This document shows positions 18,532 through 23,975 of a stretch of 32,000 nt of DNA, piece after piece (position 1 is the first letter of the stretch; each line of letters opens with the position of its first letter). A program made the translations under genes and the position numbers. Below the pieces are notes generated by a model, which ran no database searches, had not been told where the DNA came from, and worked only from the letters and a program-made list of their open reading frames with translations. This stretch comes from Microcystis aeruginosa NIES-843 (GTDB taxonomy: Bacteria; Cyanobacteriota; Cyanobacteriia; Cyanobacteriales; Microcystaceae): contig NC_010296.1 in NCBI RefSeq assembly GCF_000010625.1, forward strand, positions 840,001 to 872,000, read 5' to 3'.

Positions 18532-18918
18532 CTACCCTGTCACTTTCTTTTTCCGCCGCGTGTAGTGTTTTTTTTTGAAACTGTAATTGAGTTTTTGCGT
18601 AAGCCGCCCCAGGGTGGCTCTACTGACTTTCACCTGTGTCTTTTCATACAGTAAGTCCGATAATTCTTCGAGAGTTGCATCATTGTTAGCTTCGATGATT
18701 TCTATTAAAATTATCAGTTGTTCACTATTTAACTTGGTTGGCGGACTTCCCCCTTGCGGACGAGGACGGATATCTCCTGTTTCTTTATGTTGCTTCAATA
18801 ACTTCTGAATAAAGCTTTTAGCCACGTCAAATCTCTGGGCTAGTCCTCGAATGGAAATTTTTTCTTTCTTCCAGACATCGATAATTTTTTGGCGAAAATC
18901 TACGGAATAGGGTCTCAT
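18532..18918 (-). CDS. IS630-family transposase orfA (HTH part), ending just after an A9 slippery run
   Basis: 128 aa: MRPYSVDFRQKIIDVWKKEKISIRGLAQRF... The A-run is at 18568-18576. Confidence 0.85.
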   Translation of the reverse strand: MRPYSVDFRQKIIDVWKKEKISIRGLAQRFDVAKSFIQKLLKQHKETGDIRPRPQGGSPPTKLNSEQLIILIEIIEANNDATLEELSDLLYEKTQVKVSRATLGRLTQKLNYSFKKKHYTRRKKKVTG

Positions 18919-18996
18919 AGGAAGCTGGTAAGTTCTATTATTTGTCTATTTACTTTCTATTGTACCTCATAGCTCCAAGAATTGCTATATTCAGGA

Positions 18997-19359
18997 ATGA
19001 TAGTTATGGCAATCAGAATCAAACTTTGGGCAGATTATGGAAGTTACCCACTTTGGGGAGTAGATGAAATTGATAACATTGCTCCTGAAGAATTACCATT
19101 AAGTCAAGCAACCATTCAACGTTTAAACGCATGGCAGGATACTTACGATAAGACTTTAAATCAAGACTATCCACCTTTATCAGATTTTCCTAATCAGCAA
19201 GCTGAAATGGATTTTAAACAAGAAGGAATTAGTTTATGGAAACAGTTACGTCTTGAACTAGCCCCGGAGTATGAAGTTTTCTACCAAAATGAAGGTCAAT
19301 TGTTCAGACATCCTAAGGAAATAACCAAAAAATCTACAGTACAAAAAATAACAGTTTGA
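18997..19359 (+). CDS. Hypothetical protein
   Basis: The track ORF starts at TTG 18982 inside the IS end. The first ATGs are at 18997 and 19006. 118-121 aa, no family recognised. Its last 13 nt belong to the long form of the R repeat. Confidence 0.5.
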   Translation: MIVMAIRIKLWADYGSYPLWGVDEIDNIAPEELPLSQATIQRLNAWQDTYDKTLNQDYPPLSDFPNQQAEMDFKQEGISLWKQLRLELAPEYEVFYQNEGQLFRHPKEITKKSTVQKITV

Positions 19360-19515
19360 GTATCATCACCTTCGGCTCCGGCGCAGCTTCAACCCTCAAG
19401 CGCCAACTAAAACCATCCAAATCCACCGAAAAAGAAACCACAAAAGTAGGCTAAATTGCTTCTAAAAATACCATAAATGCCCCTTCAATCAATCTTGAGG
19501 GGGTTTTGTTTTTTT
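19349..19515 (+). repeat. R repeat copy 2 (long form)
   Basis: Starts at ATAACAGTTTGAG and shares a ~75-nt 5' extension with copy 5. Core hairpin at 19480-19503 followed by TTTTGTTTTTTT. Confidence 0.9.
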
Positions 19516-19517
19516 AT

Positions 19518-20740
19518 ATAGAACTCTTGCAAATTAATTATATGTTATAATGATGGCTTAACTAATTTTCCCCAAAAAATTAGTTAACCAGTACATTCGT
19601 CCTGAATGAAAACTTGAAGTTTAACTTTTAACTCAAAACTCTTTAGATATGCTTTAATTTGGTTATCAAAACCTCTTTATTTAAGCGGCACAAACTATCT
19701 CAATTTTTATAATTGAGAATAAATTCTCCTTGACTTGATTAATCTTTAGGCAACTTTTAAGAAGCTGCTATACCTATCCCTAACTCACCGTTATAAATAG
19801 CCGCCAACAAGTTAACTCTTAAACTATATCTTCGACGACGATTCCGATATTTACAGGATAAGATTTTAAAGATTTTGAGTTTCCTATTTATAGGTTCAAT
19901 GATAATCCTTTCTTTGGCTAAAGCCTTGTTATACTCTTTTTCTAACTCTGTTAATTTTCTATTTTTCGATTTCTTTTTCGGTGTATAACTATTACTATGG
20001 TATGCAGCTATTCCCTGATAACCACTGTCTTCTATGCTGGTAGTTAAAGGATGAAAACGAACTCGACTTTTTTTAAATAAACTAAAATCATGACCTCTAC
20101 CTTTCCCACAAAAGACACAGATAATTTCCTCGGTAGTTTGATCAGCTACTAATTGGGATTTTAAAGTATGATAACCTCTTTTACCCCCCAAAAAATCTTT
20201 CTGTTTCTTTTTGGGGCGTTCAATGGGAGTTTCCGTTACATCCATTACCGTTACGACCGGTATCTCTGCTTGATTTAGTAGAGCTTTTTTTCCTTTTAAA
20301 CGGAAGTTTCCCGATTGTAAAAGCATTTTTTCCGTCTTATTTACAATCCGACATATAGTTGATTCTGATAGTTCCCAGCTTGTACCAATGTGAAAATATG
20401 TTCTATATTCTCGCCAATATTCTAACGTTACTAAAACTTGTTCTTCTATAGATAGTTTAGGTTTCGGTCCCCTTTTAGATGGTGAATTAGAGTCGGCTTC
20501 AACACTTTTTACTGATTCTACCATCTTTCTATAGGTTTGTTTATACACACCGAAACGGCGTTTGAATTGTTCATCTGATAAGTTTTGATAATCCATAATT
20601 TTGCTAATAAACATAGCAAAATTATAGATGATTTCCTGACCTAAGATCACATTTTATTCTTTTTTCCACTTCAATCTAAGAATTGAGAAAAAAGCAAAAC
20701 CCTATATTATACCATAAAAAAATTATGCAAGAGGTCTTAT
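19518..20740 (-). mobile_element. IS5-like insertion sequence (~1.2 kb), boundaries approximate
   Basis: Inverted ends are (ATA)GAACTCTTGCA at 19518-19531 and TGCAAGAGGTC(TTAT) at 20726-20740. A possible TTAT duplication lies at 19514-19517 and 20737-20740. One transposase ORF. Confidence 0.6.
19757..20596 (-). CDS. DDE transposase (IS5-family-like, HTH plus DDE)
   Basis: Preferred ATG is at 20596 (MDYQNLSDEQFKRRFGV). Motifs MDVTE, HTLKSQ, EDSGYQG and RIIIEPINRKLKIF. The track start GTG 20650 adds 18 hydrophobic residues. Confidence 0.7.
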   Translation of the reverse strand: MDYQNLSDEQFKRRFGVYKQTYRKMVESVKSVEADSNSPSKRGPKPKLSIEEQVLVTLEYWREYRTYFHIGTSWELSESTICRIVNKTEKMLLQSGNFRLKGKKALLNQAEIPVVTVMDVTETPIERPKKKQKDFLGGKRGYHTLKSQLVADQTTEEIICVFCGKGRGHDFSLFKKSRVRFHPLTTSIEDSGYQGIAAYHSNSYTPKKKSKNRKLTELEKEYNKALAKERIIIEPINRKLKIFKILSCKYRNRRRRYSLRVNLLAAIYNGELGIGIAAS

Positions 20741-20758
20741 CTCTTTTTTGGCAATAGA

Positions 20759-20767
20759 TGCTATAAT
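20759..20767 (+). promoter_or_regulatory. Extended -10 promoter element TGcTATAAT
   Basis: Exact TGnTATAAT lies 34 nt upstream of the GTG at 20801. Confidence 0.4.
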
Positions 20768-20800
20768 GAAAGGCCACTCTTGAAGATTGCTTGATCGATC

Positions 20801-21037
20801 GTGGACTTTGAGATTATCAGCGATATTACGAATATCGAGATTATTGCCACAGGAACAGGAATTCGTAATCGGGAACGGTTGCAAAAACAGTATGGCAAAG
20901 GTAAATGGAGAAAATTAAAGGGCATAGCCCAAGTTCAGCTTCCCAATGGTATAGTAAGGTTAGCCGAAGTCCATTGGTATGAAGCTCATGGCATCGGCAA
21001 AAAAGAATTTAAGCTCAAGCTACCGTTTCTCGATTGA
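20801..21037 (+). CDS. Uncharacterised small protein, first gene of a two-gene module
   Basis: 78 aa, basic: ...RLQKQYGKGKWRKLKGIAQVQLPNGIVRLAEVHWYEAHGIGKKEFKLK. No named family recalled. Confidence 0.6.
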   Translation: MDFEIISDITNIEIIATGTGIRNRERLQKQYGKGKWRKLKGIAQVQLPNGIVRLAEVHWYEAHGIGKKEFKLKLPFLD

Positions 21038-21039
21038 CC

Positions 21040-21279
21040 ATGAACATAGAGTCATCTCCAACAAATAAGTTCGCAGTTTGTCTCAATAATGAAGGCTACG
21101 AAGCTTCACTAGAGGTGGGCAAAATATACCGCGTTATCCCTGATGAGACAACAGAAATAAACAGTCTAATTCGGGTTATTGATGAAAGTGGTGAAGATTA
21201 CGCTTTTTCTGTGAATCGGTTTCATGCTATTGAGTTACCAAAGCCAATAGAAGAAGCTTTATTATCAGTTGCCAACTAA
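21040..21279 (+). CDS. Uncharacterised small acidic protein, second gene of the module
   Basis: ATG lies 3 nt after the upstream stop (TTG 21034 would overlap it). ...YRVIPDETTEINSLIRVIDESGEDYAFSVNRFHAIELP. The stop codon lies in R repeat copy 3. Confidence 0.6.
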   Translation: MNIESSPTNKFAVCLNNEGYEASLEVGKIYRVIPDETTEINSLIRVIDESGEDYAFSVNRFHAIELPKPIEEALLSVAN

Positions 21280-21381
21280 AACCCCCTAAATCCACTGAAA
21301 AAGAAACCACAAAAGTAGGCTAAATTGCCTCTAAAAATACCATCGATGTCCCTTCATTCAATCTTGAGAGGGTTTATTTTT
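21273..21381 (+). repeat. R repeat copy 3
   Basis: CAACTAAAACCCCCTAAATCCACTGAAAAAGAAACCAC...CATCGATGTCCCTTCATTCAATCTTGAGAGGGTTTATTTTT. The 3' half is identical to copy 5. Confidence 0.9.
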
Positions 21382-21398
21382 GGCATCTATTAATACTT

Positions 21399-21752
21399 CT
21401 AAAAATTGTCAAACTTATTAATGATGTCTTGAATTTGCTGCGCTGTGATGTCTGTTTGGTTAGATTTGGCATAGATGAGGAGCATCAAAACACAACCATT
21501 GTCTTTAAGTTGATAGATAACACGATAGCCGCTACTTTTGCCCTTTTGAATATCGCTGTTTTTGAGGCGAACTTTAAAGACAGTGTAGCCTATTCCTGGT
21601 ATTTGATCGCCGATGAATTTGCCTATCTGAAGGTCATCAATTAGAGGTTGTAGGTCAGTACGAATGCTCCGATAGCGTTTGGCGAGGGTGCGAAGTCGAT
21701 CCTTGAATTCATCAGAGAAAAGGAGCTTAATAGAGGGAATTTCTTCAGTCAT
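21399..21752 (-). CDS. Type II toxin, RelE/ParE superfamily (copy 1)
   Basis: 117 aa. FKVRLKNSDIQKGKSSGYRVIYQL...LMLLIYAKSNQTDI signature. Overlaps the upstream antitoxin gene by 8 nt. Confidence 0.8.
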   Translation of the reverse strand: MTEEIPSIKLLFSDEFKDRLRTLAKRYRSIRTDLQPLIDDLQIGKFIGDQIPGIGYTVFKVRLKNSDIQKGKSSGYRVIYQLKDNGCVLMLLIYAKSNQTDITAQQIQDIINKFDNF

Positions 21753-22083
21753 CTATGCCATCCCAGAGTTCAGAGATGGGATGTACTTTGCCTTCTTTAG
21801 CTTGCTGAAGAGAAATACAAAGACTGGTGAGGATGAGTTCTTTTGGTTCGTCGTCAGGGTCAGTGGGTGGAGTGAGGATATTACGCGATACTAGCAATTG
21901 GTAGAAATCATCGAGTGCCATTCCCGTTAGTTCGGCTGCTTGTTCAAATTGAAGGCGTTGCTGCTGATAGAGCATGATAGCGATTTCCGTGAGCATTTGA
22001 GCTTCAGTCATTTGTACTGTTTGCAGAAGTTTAGAGGGAAGGATGAGGTTCATAGAGGTTTCATTAAGTGGCAGTAACTTCAT
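21745..22083 (-). CDS. UPF0175-like antitoxin (copy 1)
   Basis: Preferred ATG is at 22083 (MKLLPLNE...). The track start at 22110 lies inside the R repeat. EAQMLTEIAIMLYQQQRLQFEQAAELTGMALDDFYQLL resembles UPF0175. Confidence 0.7.
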   Translation of the reverse strand: MKLLPLNETSMNLILPSKLLQTVQMTEAQMLTEIAIMLYQQQRLQFEQAAELTGMALDDFYQLLVSRNILTPPTDPDDEPKELILTSLCISLQQAKEGKVHPISELWDGIDD

Positions 22084-22090
22084 TGTATCG

Positions 22091-22181
22091 CCATGAAAAG
22101 GAAACCACAAAAGTAGGCTAAATTGTTTCTAAAAATACCATAAATACCCCTTCAATCAATCTTGAAGGGGTTTATTTTTTT
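22091..22181 (+). repeat. R repeat copy 4 (short form)
   Basis: CCATGAAAAGGAAACCACAAAAGTAGGCTAAATTGTTTCTAAAAATACCATAAATACCCCTTCAATCAATCTTGAAGGGGTTTATTTTTTT. The brnA stop (22172-22174) lies in the T-run. Confidence 0.9.
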
Positions 22182-22474
22182 GCCCGTGTTTCTACATATT
22201 CTCGCAGGGCGCGATTAATACTGGTCTGATACCCCTCCTCTTGTGTGGCCTGGGTTTTGAACCAGTCTATCAGGTCAGCATCAAGGCTTAGGGTGATCTG
22301 CTGTTTGAGCGGACGATAAAATACACCACGCTGCGCCCTGCTCCAATCTCCCGTAGCCTCCGGGATCAGATCTGTGCGGATAAGCTCTTGTGACGTGGCT
22401 AGAGCGTCAATTTCAGCCTGTATCTCTGGCGGTACTGGATTAGAATCTCCCTTCTTCATAAGCCCTCCTTTCAT
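22172..22474 (-). CDS. brnA: BrnA-type antitoxin
   Basis: C-terminal ITLSLDADLIDWFKTQATQEEGYQTSINRALREYV matches the BrnA/RHH type. Downstream of and overlapping brnT. ATG 22459 is an alternative start. Confidence 0.8.
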   Translation of the reverse strand: MKGGLMKKGDSNPVPPEIQAEIDALATSQELIRTDLIPEATGDWSRAQRGVFYRPLKQQITLSLDADLIDWFKTQATQEEGYQTSINRALREYVETRAKK

Positions 22475-22730
22475 GGGCTGTTGCCCTGCGTGCGCTAATA
22501 ATTCGTCCCGTTTCCTCTCCTGTCACTGAATCAGACTCCGGCCAAGTATGCACCACAAACACAGTCAATTTACCGATCAGTCCGATAGTCTGCCAGCGTT
22601 CTTCCTCTGGGTATGGATCAGGACGGCTGACAGCGAGAGGATCGGCAAAAACATATTGAGCGGCTTCAAAGCTCAAGCCGTGATCGCGCTTGTTTGTCCG
22701 ATTTTTGTTGTCGTCCCATGTCCACTTCAA
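22440..22730 (-). CDS. brnT: BrnT-type ribonuclease toxin
   Basis: 96 aa. WTWDDNKNRTNKRDHGLSFEAAQYVFADPLAV...RIISARRATAHERRAYEE is the BrnT signature. Toxin-first gene order is as described for BrnTA. Confidence 0.85.
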   Translation of the reverse strand: MKWTWDDNKNRTNKRDHGLSFEAAQYVFADPLAVSRPDPYPEEERWQTIGLIGKLTVFVVHTWPESDSVTGEETGRIISARRATAHERRAYEEGRF

Positions 22731-22915
22731 TTCTACTCTCCAAATGTAGCTATATTATGGTTACTACATTAATTTTTATCAACATTGTATTTGCGCTAAC
22801 GCAATCGCAATAAAATTTACCCCTGTCGGGAGCATAACATTATCCAGATATAATGCCAGTATCACTACCGATTTAGCAGCAAGAGCAAGCTAAACAAATT
22901 AGTCATCATCAAATG

Positions 22916-23095
22916 ATAACAGTTTGAGCGGTATGTGTTAATTATCATCCCTTTCGGCTTCGGCGCAGCTTCAAACCTCAAAAGCAAACTAAAACCCTCC
23001 CAATCTACCGAAAAAGAAACCACAAAAATAGGCTAAATTGTTTAGTAAAAATACCATCGATGTCCCTTCATTCAATCTTGAGAGGGTTTATTTTT
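22916..23095 (+). repeat. R repeat copy 5 (long form)
   Basis: Starts at ATAACAGTTTGAG. The 5' part is homologous to copy 2. From 23047 onward it is identical to copy 3. Confidence 0.9.
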
Positions 23096-23112
23096 GGCAT
23101 CTATTAATACTT

Positions 23113-23466
23113 CTAAAAATTGTCAAACTTATTAATGATGTCTTGAATTTGCTGCGCTGTGATGTCTGTTTGGTCAGATTTGGCATAGATGAGGAGCATC
23201 AAAACACAACCATTGTCTTTAAGTTGATAGATAACACGATAGCCGCTACTTTTGCCCTTTTGAATATCGCTGTTTTTGAGGCGAACTTTAAAGACAGTGT
23301 AGCCTATTCCTGGTATTTGATCGCCGATGAATTTGCCTATCTGAAGGTCATCAATTAGAGGTTGTAGGTCAGTACGAATGCTCCGATAGCGTTTGGCGAG
23401 GGTGCGAAGTCGATCCTTGAATTCATCAGAGAAAAGGAGCTTAATAGAGGGAATTTCTTCAGTCAT
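23113..23466 (-). CDS. Type II toxin, RelE/ParE superfamily (copy 2)
   Basis: Identical to 21399-21752 except for one nucleotide (N98D). Confidence 0.8.
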   Translation of the reverse strand: MTEEIPSIKLLFSDEFKDRLRTLAKRYRSIRTDLQPLIDDLQIGKFIGDQIPGIGYTVFKVRLKNSDIQKGKSSGYRVIYQLKDNGCVLMLLIYAKSDQTDITAQQIQDIINKFDNF

Positions 23467-23797
23467 CTATGCCATCCCAGAGTTCAGAGATGGGATGTAC
23501 TTTGCCTTCTTTAGCTTGCTGAAGAGAAATACAAAGACTGGTGAGGATGAGTTCTTTTGGTTCGTCGTCAGGGTCAGTGGGTGGAGTGAGGATATTACGC
23601 GATACTAGCAATTGGTAGAAATCATCGAGTGCCATTCCCGTTAGTTCGGCTGCTTGTTCAAATTGAAGGCGTTGCTGCTGATAAAGCATGACAGCGATTT
23701 CCGTGAGCATTTGAGCTTCAGTCATTTGTACTGTTTGCAGAAGTTTAGAGGGAAGGATGAGGTTCATAGAGGTTTCATTAAGTGGCAGTAACTTCAT
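23459..23797 (-). CDS. UPF0175-like antitoxin (copy 2)
   Basis: Identical to 21745-22083 except for two nucleotides (one silent, one I to V). ATG at 23797. Confidence 0.7.
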   Translation of the reverse strand: MKLLPLNETSMNLILPSKLLQTVQMTEAQMLTEIAVMLYQQQRLQFEQAAELTGMALDDFYQLLVSRNILTPPTDPDDEPKELILTSLCISLQQAKEGKVHPISELWDGIDD

Positions 23798-23804
23798 TGT
23801 ATCG

Positions 23805-23866
23805 CCATGAAAAGGAAACCACAAAAGTAGGCTAAATTGCCTCTAAAAATACCATAAATGCCCCTT
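23805..23866 (+). repeat. R repeat copy 6 (short form, truncated within the hairpin)
   Basis: CCATGAAAAGGAAACCACAAAAGTAGGCTAAATTGCCTCTAAAAATACCATAAATGCCCCTTAA, then unrelated sequence. Confidence 0.85.
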
Positions 23867-23975
23867 AATTCAGTTAGTTTAGAGTGCGAAACGCAGGAAC
23901 AGCAGCCAGCCGTCGAGAAATGATGTCAAATCCCGTCATACTTTATCTTTATTTCTGACCGGCTGCCTGGACAAA

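Larger units (their letters stand above)
17954..18987 (-). mobile_element. Second, unrelated IS630-family insertion sequence (1034 bp) with TA target duplication
   Basis: 27-bp IRs TAGCAATTCTCTGACTTATGAGGTACA and its partner match at 23 of 27 positions. TA lies at 17952-17953 and 18988-18989. Transposase is in two frames. Confidence 0.85.
21333..23839. repeat. Tandem duplication with a 1714-bp period (about 1.46 units)
   Basis: 21333-22125 and 23047-23839 align without gaps. I saw 3 mismatches (21461, 21970, 21978). Both junctions lie inside R repeats. Confidence 0.9.

Noticed and set aside
21429-21894. Plus-strand track ORFs inside the UPF0175/RelE modules (21429-21644 and 21679-21894, plus duplicates 23038-23358 and 23393-23608)
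   Set aside because: They are antisense to ORFs with clear toxin and antitoxin signatures. They are duplicated only because the whole segment is duplicated.
15054-23866. R repeats as classical integron attC sites (a CALIN-type array)
   Set aside because: No RYYYAAC / GTTRRRY boxes at the ends. The repeat is not a full-length imperfect palindrome: only a terminal 9-bp hairpin plus a weak pairing between AACTAAAACC and GGTTTT(A)TT in the long forms. No intI-like gene is in the window. It is kept as an analogy only, and IntegronFinder/HattCI would settle it.
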